Assembly (NCBI GenBank): GCA_016933095.1 | Contig: JAFGBP010000042.1 | Coordinates: 19,691-83,690 of the forward strand | DNA length: 64,000 nt | Source: Candidatus Woesearchaeota archaeon | Lineage (GTDB): Archaea > Nanobdellota > Nanobdellia > Woesearchaeales > SM23-78 | Direction of reading: 5' to 3' | Part shown: positions 19,485 through 27,576 of the stretch, one piece after another | Numbering within the stretch: the stretch's first letter is position 1 | Layout: each line of letters opens with the position of its first letter | Notes under the pieces: model-generated | What the model was told of the DNA's origin: nothing | Seen by the model: only the letters and a program-made list of their open reading frames with translations | Database searches by the model: none | Program-made: the position numbers and the translations under genes

Positions 19485-20711
19485 CTAGCGCTCCAAGTAA
19501 GCCACCTGCTCAGGATCGAACTCAAAGAACTCCGACAGGGCACTCCTACCCTCAGCAGCCCCAGGCCCCTTGCCTTTGAACAGGCTCTTCACATAAGGAT
19601 AAGTCGCCTGGAGCGCCTGCTTACGGCTCGAATGAGTCTTCGCCGCAATCTTCTCGCAAATCGCCTTCTTCTTCATCTGCTTCATGTTAGCAAGCCAAAT
19701 CTTAAGCTTGCGCGTCGTCTGCTTGTAATCCACCTGGCTCTTGTAGCGCTCGTCCTTGGAGACCGCGATCCCAGCCGATAAGAGGTCATAGCAATATACA
19801 TAGAAGCGGTAGTGCTGCCAGCGCATGATCCTGCCCTTGAAGACATCAGCCCTGCTCATCTGCTCAAAACCGCGCGCCAAGTCCTCAGGCCGGAGATACT
19901 CCTTAGGCAGGTTCTCATCCACCCAGAGGAAAATCTCATCCAGGTCCTCTGCCACAGAGTCAAGCGCCTGCCTCGCAACGCCAGGGTCTGACGTCTTGAA
20001 AATCCTAAGAAGAGCATTCTCGATCCTCTCCACGTGCTCGCGGTCGCTCAGGAACTCTACGTCAGCTCGTGTAACTCTCTTGCCGGAATTAGCCACGCTT
20101 TGCAGGTCATTGAGAGCTGCGCGAAAGTCACCGTTGCTCCTGCGGGCCACGATAGACAATGCATCCTCATCGCAAGAAAGCCCCTCGCCCTCGCAAACAT
20201 GCTGCAGAAACGAGACGACATCAGAATGAGGCCTGGGCGCGAACTCTATCATAGTGCAAGCCTTTCGAAGGGCCTTATGCTTCTGGCCGAACGGGTCCTG
20301 GCAAGTCAATATTATAGGGAACCGGCTCTCAGAGATTATCTTGATGAGAGCTGTCAAGCCTCCGCGGTCCTCGCGTCCGGTTACCCCTTCCACCTCATCG
20401 ACAAGGATGATCTTTCCCTTGGAAAACAGGCTCATCTGCTTGGAAGCAGTGCCGACGATCGCCTCGATCTGGTCAGCAGTCCTGGAATCGCTGGCATTAA
20501 CCTCGATGAGCTCCAAACCAAGAGAATGAGCAAGCGCGTACACGCTGCTGGTCTTCCCTGCTCCGCTCAGGCCGTAGAGAAGAAGAGCCTTCCCAGGCTT
20601 GTGCCGCTCGACAAAAGACTTCATCTGGGAGAAAGCCTTGTCCAAGCCCACCAGGTCAGACTCTGATTTAGGAGAATGCTTCTGGATCCAAGGAATGAAA
20701 TCACCACCCAT
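19485..20711 (-). CDS. rfcL: replication factor C large subunit
   Basis: W..KHSPKS, GLSGAGKT, IEVNASDSR, ILVDEVEG, GDFRAALNDLQ, WVDENLP. Confidence 0.92.
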   Translation of the reverse strand: MGGDFIPWIQKHSPKSESDLVGLDKAFSQMKSFVERHKPGKALLLYGLSGAGKTSSVYALAHSLGLELIEVNASDSRTADQIEAIVGTASKQMSLFSKGKIILVDEVEGVTGREDRGGLTALIKIISESRFPIILTCQDPFGQKHKALRKACTMIEFAPRPHSDVVSFLQHVCEGEGLSCDEDALSIVARRSNGDFRAALNDLQSVANSGKRVTRADVEFLSDREHVERIENALLRIFKTSDPGVARQALDSVAEDLDEIFLWVDENLPKEYLRPEDLARGFEQMSRADVFKGRIMRWQHYRFYVYCYDLLSAGIAVSKDERYKSQVDYKQTTRKLKIWLANMKQMKKKAICEKIAAKTHSSRKQALQATYPYVKSLFKGKGPGAAEGRSALSEFFEFDPEQVAYLER

Positions 20712-20833
20712 GGAAAACAGGACACAAGGGGATTTTATAACGTTTTTGGGCAAAAACCTTTTAAATGAAGGGCAAAAACCAACAGATATCACAGGGAAAA
20801 CTTTTTATTCAAAGACTAAGAAAAGGTGATAGA

Positions 20834-20986
20834 ATGGTCGTAGAATTCGGAGAGTTCAAAGGAAACAAGATGATAATCCTCAAGAGAGGGGAAGACGAGA
20901 AGTTCCCGTTCTCATTCGGCAAGAACAAGGCAAGGATGATCGTCGAGAACTTCGACGAGATAAAAAGGTTTGCTGAAGAAGAGTAA
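20834..20986 (+). CDS. small hypothetical protein (50 aa)
   Basis: AGGTGA RBS; MVVEFGEFKGNKMIILKR...FSFGKNKARMIVENFDEIKRF. Confidence 0.7.
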   Translation: MVVEFGEFKGNKMIILKRGEDEKFPFSFGKNKARMIVENFDEIKRFAEEE

Positions 20987-21142
20987 GAACAATAGAAAGG
21001 GATAAGCAAGATACTTTTCTTTCATCGGCGCGCCGCGTGGCCAGATCAATCGTATGACTATCGCGGCGGTTGATGATAAAAATAGAAGAAATGCAGCCTC
21101 CGGGTTGTGTGCAACACGGGTTAAAAACACAGCGCAATCAAT

Positions 21143-21658
21143 TCATTTAGGCAGTCTGTTCTTTTCCAACAGTTCTTCTGCCTTGTTCAGGAAGTCTATT
21201 GTTTTCTTCTGATATTCCTTCACTTTTTCTGTTGTAAACAGCGTGTTTGTCGCGTAGTTTGCCTGCCTTCTTGTTTCTTTAAGGTTCGCATAGAATTCCG
21301 CATCGGATTTTGTAATTGCTAAGTTTTCTATCAGCTCTGCATCTGCCTTTTTAATCTTGTACTCTTTAATGAGGAACAGCAGCGTCGAATCGTGACTTTT
21401 GGAAGTATATCCTTTGTTTGCAATTAGCGCGAGTGCCGCGTGGTACGCGGCGTAGTACAGCACCACAATAAGCCAATCGTTGAACTCTGACTCGCTCACG
21501 TTTTTCTGGAAGAATTTGAGGTTATGCTTAGCTTTGTCCAGATGGGCTTTTATCAGGCTCGTTGCAAATGGTTCTTTTCTGAGCAGATTATGGTGCTTGT
21601 ATTTTTCAAGTTCATCATTTAGCAATTTTTCATTGTCATAAAATTGTCCGACGTTCAT
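21143..21658 (-). CDS. HEPN domain protein
   Basis: YYAAYHAALA..SKSH...RRQANY; coupled to the MNT gene. Confidence 0.85.
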   Translation of the reverse strand: MNVGQFYDNEKLLNDELEKYKHHNLLRKEPFATSLIKAHLDKAKHNLKFFQKNVSESEFNDWLIVVLYYAAYHAALALIANKGYTSKSHDSTLLFLIKEYKIKKADAELIENLAITKSDAEFYANLKETRRQANYATNTLFTTEKVKEYQKKTIDFLNKAEELLEKNRLPK

Positions 21659-22263
21659 TTTTTGATGACCTCGTGATAGAGTTGTTGGTTGAATATTGGA
21701 AAACCAGTTTCTTTTGCCTGACTTACTAGGTGGTCTTTGCCTTCTTTTAACAGTTGCGTATTGGTGAAAGCTAAGCTTAAATTATGGTTGGATCTTGACT
21801 GCACATCTCTTTTCAGGGATTCCATCTGCTGAATTATTTCAGTCTCATACATTTGCTGTAATTTCAGGGTGTTAAACTTGTGAAGCACAACAAGCAAATC
21901 AATGTCGCTCTTCTCAGTCTCAGCTTTTCTGGCGCTTGATCCAAACAAGACCATACTTGCCACCTCATTCGGCGTCTTGCCTACTAACTCCTTTAATGGC
22001 AACCTTATGTTTCGATTTAGCCCATTCAACCGAGTTAGGTCTATTTTTGTGAATTCTATCGCGAATCTTTCTTGGTCAGCCATTGTAAAAAATACGTTTG
22101 CCTTAGTCTTCTGACTTCCCAGAACATTCTTCTTCAACAGGGCGAGAGTTGTGTTTTGTATTGAGCTGTTTGACAAGCCAGTTAGGCTTTTGATCTCATT
22201 AAAATACAACATTTCCTTTTTGGAATCATAAAAAGCCTTGAAAATCTTTTCTTCCGCATTCAT
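21655..22263 (-). CDS. wHTH-MNT nucleotidyltransferase (antitoxin)
   Basis: LFGSSAR...SDIDLLVV; N-terminal HTH. Confidence 0.88.
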   Translation of the reverse strand: MNAEEKIFKAFYDSKKEMLYFNEIKSLTGLSNSSIQNTTLALLKKNVLGSQKTKANVFFTMADQERFAIEFTKIDLTRLNGLNRNIRLPLKELVGKTPNEVASMVLFGSSARKAETEKSDIDLLVVLHKFNTLKLQQMYETEIIQQMESLKRDVQSRSNHNLSLAFTNTQLLKEGKDHLVSQAKETGFPIFNQQLYHEVIKK

Positions 22264-22296
22264 GATTGCAGGGAGGCGATTTCAATTTATATAGTT

Positions 22297-22332
22297 TGCC
22301 ATTTTTTGGCACAAATATGCCAAATTTTGGCA
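22297..22332. promoter_or_regulatory. tandem palindromic operators upstream of MNT-HEPN
   Basis: TGCCA-N5-TGGCA at 22297-22311 and 22318-22332, next to a TATA box. Confidence 0.6.
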
Positions 22333-22391
22333 ATATGCGTAAGTTTAATAAGAACACCCATTATCACAACAAAATGACGCGGAACGTATAA

Positions 22392-22488
22392 TGCAGCCGC
22401 CGGGATTCGAACCCGAGTCACAGGCTCTTTCCAGATCCAAGAAAGGACCCTTGGGAAGCCCAGATCATAGCCACTAGACCACGGCTGC
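22392..22488 (-). tRNA. tRNA-Gly(CCC) with a canonical 25-nt intron
   Basis: GCAGCCG acceptor stem, GGGTTCGAATCCC T-arm, TTCCCA loop, BHB intron at 22427-22451. Confidence 0.85.
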
Positions 22489-22494
22489 ATAAAA

Positions 22495-23583
22495 TCATAA
22501 TTTCTTCAGTACGACTCTGTTCTTCATGGCAGCACGTCTTATGGCATTCTTAAAGCTTTCTGTGATGATATCCCTATGGCGCGCGTTGGTGCTGTTGGAA
22601 AACAACCAGTTCTCAGTGCTCTTGATATACGCGCGCACGTCCTCGTCATCCGCACGAAATCCAGGCTCCCATAGTATCCTTCCGATGTTGACGGTCCTGC
22701 ATTTCAGGCAGACGCCGCACTGAGAATCATAAAGCCGGAAGCTCGGAAGCTTCTTCTGCATGTTCTTTCTGTGAGCGGCCTTGAAGCAGTTGGCCGAGAA
22801 GCAGTTGCACACTTCCTTCATCCAATCAGGCTCTTGCTCGTACATGTCACGTATGACGCTCATCTCGCTCCTGTTCTTCCATTTTACCCGGACGCCGAGA
22901 CCCAGCTTCCTAAGGACATCATTAAACATCTTCATGTTGTCTTCCTGTCCCGTGAACAAGGCAAGGTCAGAAGTCTCTCCGAATCCCTCAGTCCATATGT
23001 GCGCCGCGCCAAAGCCATGCGCATACGGAATCAAAATTCCAGTGAGGAACATATCCCTTGAAACCATCACCTTATAGTTCCCGCCGGCCGAACCGTTTTT
23101 CAGCTCCAAAACCTCAAGGTCGAAACCAAACTTCTTGCTCTGCCTAATGGCATATTTCCTCTCGTCAGAGCCGTTTGACTTGTTGAGGCCGGCTATGTGC
23201 ACTGCGAGGACGTTCTCTGCACCGTAGCGCTTCTGGGCGTTCATCAAGTTCCACAAGGAATCCTTGCCTGCTGAGAATGAGACTACTGCTTTTCTGGAGC
23301 TGGTAGATCTTGAATGAAGCGGGTTGTAGGAGCGGCAGTGAATTTCTGGAGGAGTCCTCCCCTCGCTCTTGTACATCTTCCCAATCAAGACCTGCATCGG
23401 CTTTGCAATCGGAAAGTCACTGTAAATCTTTCGGGGCATCCTCGGCCCCAGGAGGTGCATGGCTGCAAACTGCGCAAAATATTCCTCTGCGCCGAAGGGG
23501 TATGTCTTGGCTTGGAGGCGGTCTGTCTCGCCTTTATATGATAGAATGACTTCAAGTCCATTGCTAGCTAACCTTGCATTCAT
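22495..23583 (-). CDS. QueC-like PP-loop ATPase
   Basis: SFSAGKDS PP-loop and C-terminal Cys cluster (CNC..ANC...CGVCLKC); N-terminal extension. Confidence 0.75.
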   Translation of the reverse strand: MNARLASNGLEVILSYKGETDRLQAKTYPFGAEEYFAQFAAMHLLGPRMPRKIYSDFPIAKPMQVLIGKMYKSEGRTPPEIHCRSYNPLHSRSTSSRKAVVSFSAGKDSLWNLMNAQKRYGAENVLAVHIAGLNKSNGSDERKYAIRQSKKFGFDLEVLELKNGSAGGNYKVMVSRDMFLTGILIPYAHGFGAAHIWTEGFGETSDLALFTGQEDNMKMFNDVLRKLGLGVRVKWKNRSEMSVIRDMYEQEPDWMKEVCNCFSANCFKAAHRKNMQKKLPSFRLYDSQCGVCLKCRTVNIGRILWEPGFRADDEDVRAYIKSTENWLFSNSTNARHRDIITESFKNAIRRAAMKNRVVLKKL

Positions 23584-23617
23584 TAGCCTTTGAGAAAACT
23601 CATGGAATTTATAAGAC

Positions 23618-24205
23618 TTATTCCTTCTTCTTGGTCAAGCCCCACTTGTCAAGGTAGAACTTGTACTTCTCGAAGTCATTGCTCTCGCGGAACTCTGCCT
23701 TAGCCTTCTTGTCAAGCCTGTTAAGCCACTTGCCTGAGATGCGAAGCACCTCCTTGACCTCCGGAGTGATGGGCTCGGCTTCTGGCTCTACTTCCTCAGG
23801 CATGCCAACCTCGACGTCGTCAGGCTGCTCGCGACCCCCAAACAATGATCTGAAGAACCTCTTAGTCAAACCTTCGCGCTTCTCCTCGAGCTCCTCCTCG
23901 ATCTCATGAGCCGCCTCGATCTGGCGGTCAGTCTCTCGGATCTCCTCCTTCATGTCCTCCAGCTCTGCTTCCTCTTCCTGGATGTCATCATAATCCTGGC
24001 GCCTGCCAAAAAGCCTGTCCAAGAACCCTGGCTTGCCATACACGACGTGCACCTTGTTCGAGCGTATCTGCGGAGCAGAAGGCTCATTCTCATCCTCGAA
24101 TATCTTCGGAAGCCTGATCTTCAGCCCTGAGAACGATTTCCTAGGCTTGATCCTCCTGTTAAGATAATCCCCTAAATCCCTATTGAACAAGTCATGTCTC
24201 GCCAT
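23618..24205 (-). CDS. acidic coiled-coil hypothetical protein
   Basis: ORF from MARHDLF, Glu-rich. Confidence 0.65.
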   Translation of the reverse strand: MARHDLFNRDLGDYLNRRIKPRKSFSGLKIRLPKIFEDENEPSAPQIRSNKVHVVYGKPGFLDRLFGRRQDYDDIQEEEAELEDMKEEIRETDRQIEAAHEIEEELEEKREGLTKRFFRSLFGGREQPDDVEVGMPEEVEPEAEPITPEVKEVLRISGKWLNRLDKKAKAEFRESNDFEKYKFYLDKWGLTKKKE

Positions 24206-24368
24206 TTCATCCACCCATGAAAAATCCTTAAAATAATCGCCCGCTGCAAACCGCTGGCGCAAGCCGCAAAAGCAGCCCATCCGCTAATAATTGGAAGTAG
24301 AGCAAAGTGTATTTATATAGTTTTCTTATCGGAGCGAGAACTGAACATCCATATAAAAATAGAAAAGA

Positions 24369-24521
24369 TGGGGCTGCAGGGATTCGAACCCTGATCTTCG
24401 GCTGACTTCAGTGGATAGAGTTGTCATCGCCTTGCGGCTCATCTCTCCAGTGCTGGAGGCCACTATTCTAGCCAGGATGTACCTACCTTGGAATTCCAAG
24501 AATAGCTTATACTACAGCCCC
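24369..24521 (-). tRNA. tRNA-Trp(CCA) with D-loop and anticodon-loop introns
   Basis: GGGGCTG/CAGCCCC acceptor, CAGGG-TTCGAAT-CCCTG T-arm, CTCCAG loop; introns at about 24477-24506 and 24404-24452 give 74 nt; 3' splice site less certain. Confidence 0.8.
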
Positions 24522-24657
24522 AAAAGTTTTGATGGTAAGGCAAAAGAACAGAGGGGGTTTTATAAATATTTGCAAAAAAAACAAGCGGCTTCAGGAAACG
24601 TATCTTCAGCGTTACCTCGCCTGCCAAAGCCGCAGAACGTTCAAAAAAAAGAAAGCA

Positions 24658-26049
24658 CTATTTGTCCTTGATCTTCAAACCCAGCTCGTCCATCTGCATG
24701 GTGTGGACGTCCGAAGGCGCGTCGAGCATGAGGTCCCTTGCATCCTTGTTCTTAGGATACGCGATGACTTCCTTTATGCTCTTCTCTCCTGCCATGAGCA
24801 TTATCATCCTGTCAAGACCCAAGGCGATCCCGCCGTGCGGAGGAGCTCCGAACGTGAAGGCGTTCAGCAGGAACCCGAACTTCTTATCGGCCTCTGCCTC
24901 GTCGATCCCGAGGCACCTGAACATCTTGTCCTGAAGCTCGCGCTTGTGAATCCTTATGGAGCCTCCGCCGAGCTCTGTGCCGTTGAGCACGATGTCGTAG
25001 GCGTTGGCCCTGATGCCTGCCTTCTCCTTCTCGTCCTTTGCTTCCATGAGCGCAATGTCTTCCTTCTTAGGAGAAGTGAACGGGTGGTGCATGGCGTAGT
25101 ATCGCTTGTCATCATCGTTCCACTCGAGTAGCGGGAAGTCGACGACCCACTCGAACGCATATTCCTGAGGATCATTCTTGTCCTTGCGAATGTCAGGCTT
25201 GTCGCTCTTATACTTCTCAATAGCCTCTTTGTAAGTCAGCTTCTGGAATGGGATCTTGACATCGACATTCAAGACTTCCTTCCAGACGAACTGCAAGAGC
25301 CTCTCGATGACGTCCTGGATGTCCTGCTGCTCTATGAAGCTCATCTCCATGTCGAGCTGTGTGAACTCAGGCTGACGGTCGGCCCGCAGGTCCTCGTCCC
25401 TGAAACACTTAGCTATCTGGTAGTACTTGTCATAGCCTGCGACCATGAACAATTGCTTGAATATCTGGGGACTCTGGGGAAGCGCGTAGAACTGCTTCTT
25501 CGACACCCTGCTAGGTACAAGATAATCACGCGCGCCTTCTGGCGTAGATTTCCCAAGGACTGGAGTCTCGAGGTCAATGAACCCTTCCTTGTCGAGGAAT
25601 TTTCTTATGGCGATGCACACCTTGCTCCTCAGCATGAGGTTCTTCTGGAGCCTCTTCTTCCTGAGGTCAAGGAACCTGTACTTTAGCCGAACATCCTCAC
25701 TCGACTCGACTTTCTCGTCCAGCTCCAAGGGAAGGGCGTCTGCAGCGTTCAATATCTCTATCTCCTTTGCAGACAGCTCCACTTCTCCTGTCGCCAGCTC
25801 TTTCCTCACCTGGTTCTCTGGCCTCTTTTTTACCTCACCCACGACCCTGATCACGCTCTCTCTCCTGATCTCTCCGAATTCCTTCGTGAGAGCAGGGTTT
25901 ACGAACACTTGGGTCGATCCGTATCTGTCTCTTAGAATTATGAAGCTTAGCTTGCCTTGTATCCTCTGGGAGTCAACCCAGCCGCAAAGAGTGACTGTCT
26001 TTCCGGCGTCAGAGCCCCTGAGTTCTCCGCAAGTATGTGTCCTTAACAT
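24658..26049 (-). CDS. aspS: aspartate--tRNA ligase, bacterial type, compact
   Basis: MLRTHTCGELR, STPEGARDYLVPSR, ALPQSPQIFKQ, CFRDEDLRADRQPEFTQLD, HHPFT, GAPPHGGIALGLDR. Confidence 0.95.
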   Translation of the reverse strand: MLRTHTCGELRGSDAGKTVTLCGWVDSQRIQGKLSFIILRDRYGSTQVFVNPALTKEFGEIRRESVIRVVGEVKKRPENQVRKELATGEVELSAKEIEILNAADALPLELDEKVESSEDVRLKYRFLDLRKKRLQKNLMLRSKVCIAIRKFLDKEGFIDLETPVLGKSTPEGARDYLVPSRVSKKQFYALPQSPQIFKQLFMVAGYDKYYQIAKCFRDEDLRADRQPEFTQLDMEMSFIEQQDIQDVIERLLQFVWKEVLNVDVKIPFQKLTYKEAIEKYKSDKPDIRKDKNDPQEYAFEWVVDFPLLEWNDDDKRYYAMHHPFTSPKKEDIALMEAKDEKEKAGIRANAYDIVLNGTELGGGSIRIHKRELQDKMFRCLGIDEAEADKKFGFLLNAFTFGAPPHGGIALGLDRMIMLMAGEKSIKEVIAYPKNKDARDLMLDAPSDVHTMQMDELGLKIKDK

Positions 26050-26176
26050 CAGGGCAAGATAGTAAGTGCCCATTTAAGAAGTTTACTAAAAAAGACAAAC
26101 TATTTATAACATGAATCGCAAAAAGAAAAACAGTTTAGGAGAAGACAGGATGCCATATGGCATCTGAGGTATCAAA

Positions 26177-26614
26177 ATGAACATCAAGTATAACATCAAG
26201 TATATTTATTTCACGGTGATTACGCTGATTTTCCTGGGAGGCTGCAGTGCATCCACGAGCACGGCATATTACAAGGGCATAGAGAGCGCAGGACCACTAG
26301 AGACCTGCGCGGAATACCAGGATGACGCCTGTGGATTGTTCTCCTGCATGGTCGACATGTGCTGGTGCGACGACTCCAGATCGAAACCCATCCTCTACGA
26401 GAAGGAAAACACCATCATTTCCAACGAGGAACAGGCCGTTGCGTACGTGCAGGAATACTTGAAGCTTGAAGATAAGAGCGAAACCTTGGCCAAAAGCGCA
26501 GTGAAAATCAACAACGTATTCTACAACGTCTTCACGGAAGACACGACAGGATATGAAGAAGCCTTTACTCTGGCAGTGGACGGGACCATACTAAGGACGA
26601 CCTGTGGAGTATGA
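26177..26614 (+). CDS. Cys-rich lipoprotein
   Basis: Lipobox LGGC, CGLFSCMVDMCWC, ends in TCGV. Confidence 0.65.
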   Translation: MNIKYNIKYIYFTVITLIFLGGCSASTSTAYYKGIESAGPLETCAEYQDDACGLFSCMVDMCWCDDSRSKPILYEKENTIISNEEQAVAYVQEYLKLEDKSETLAKSAVKINNVFYNVFTEDTTGYEEAFTLAVDGTILRTTCGV

Positions 26615-26664
26615 TATCCGAGATATCCGAAGACATCCTCAAAACAAAGACAGAAAAACCCATC

Positions 26665-27303
26665 TCAGCGCAGTATCTTCACGTCGCAAGTCGCGCTCTC
26701 CTTGAAGTCCTCTGCGTCGCTCGCGGTCCCGACTATGACGCCGTAGTGCATCGGGATCGCGACCTTGCACTTCTTGAAGATGGCAGTCGCCTGGGCAGCT
26801 TCCTTGGCGCTCATCGTATAAGTCCCTCCGACCGGAAGAAGCGCGATGTCCGTCTCTATCTGCTGCATCTCAGGTATCAGGTCTGTGTCACCCGCGTGGT
26901 AGACACGGACGCCATCCATCTCCAATATGAAACCCACCCATCCGTTCTCTTTTGGATGCGTGTTCTTGTCCACAGTATATGCCGGGACTGCAGTCACTTT
27001 CTCATCACCAAGATCAATCGTCTGCCCAACGCTTATCAGCATTATCTCCTTGACTTGAAGGCCGCTCAGCTTGCTCTGGCAGTCAGGCACCGTGATGATC
27101 ACAGTCTCGGGCTGTATTATCTTCTCTACGTCCTTTATGCTGCAATGGTCGTAGTGAGGGTGGGTGATAAGAATATAGTCTGCTTTCTCCAAGCCTTGTC
27201 CTCCCTCCACAAGCTGGAAAGGGTCGATGTAGAATACGCGCCTGTTCTTGATCTTAACGCCAGCGTGGCCTGTCGACTCGATGTCAAGCCCCAGTATCTT
27301 CAT
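26665..27303 (-). CDS. MBL-fold metallo-hydrolase
   Basis: THPHYDHC, YHAGDT, LLPVGGTYTM, IPMHYG; the start could extend upstream. Confidence 0.9.
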   Translation of the reverse strand: MKILGLDIESTGHAGVKIKNRRVFYIDPFQLVEGGQGLEKADYILITHPHYDHCSIKDVEKIIQPETVIITVPDCQSKLSGLQVKEIMLISVGQTIDLGDEKVTAVPAYTVDKNTHPKENGWVGFILEMDGVRVYHAGDTDLIPEMQQIETDIALLPVGGTYTMSAKEAAQATAIFKKCKVAIPMHYGVIVGTASDAEDFKESATCDVKILR

Positions 27304-27576
27304 GTCATCTTCACGTCCTGAGATTGTGATATTGTCCTTGGCATCACCATTATTTAAAGTTAATGAATTCCGTGCATCAGAGGCTCCTGATTCCTGATGA
27401 ACGCATCCTACGAGGCCGAATACAAAGATGAGCAACACGACAAATAGCGTGACAAGTCTCGTGACGGGCCACTCAAGCATCCAAACACATCTTACCATCA
27501 GAGACTTATAGCGCTTCTTCAATAAAAAGTTTTATATATTCTCCTCAGGAATGAAGACAAGGGGTGGACTGGTTAA

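Noticed and set aside
21000..22488. Integrated provirus at tRNA-Gly
   Set aside because: No integrase, att duplication or virion genes seen
24529..27321. Long antisense or shadow ORFs (e.g. 24529-25131, 26611-27321)
   Set aside because: They overlap clearly conserved genes on the opposite strand and are explained by codon bias
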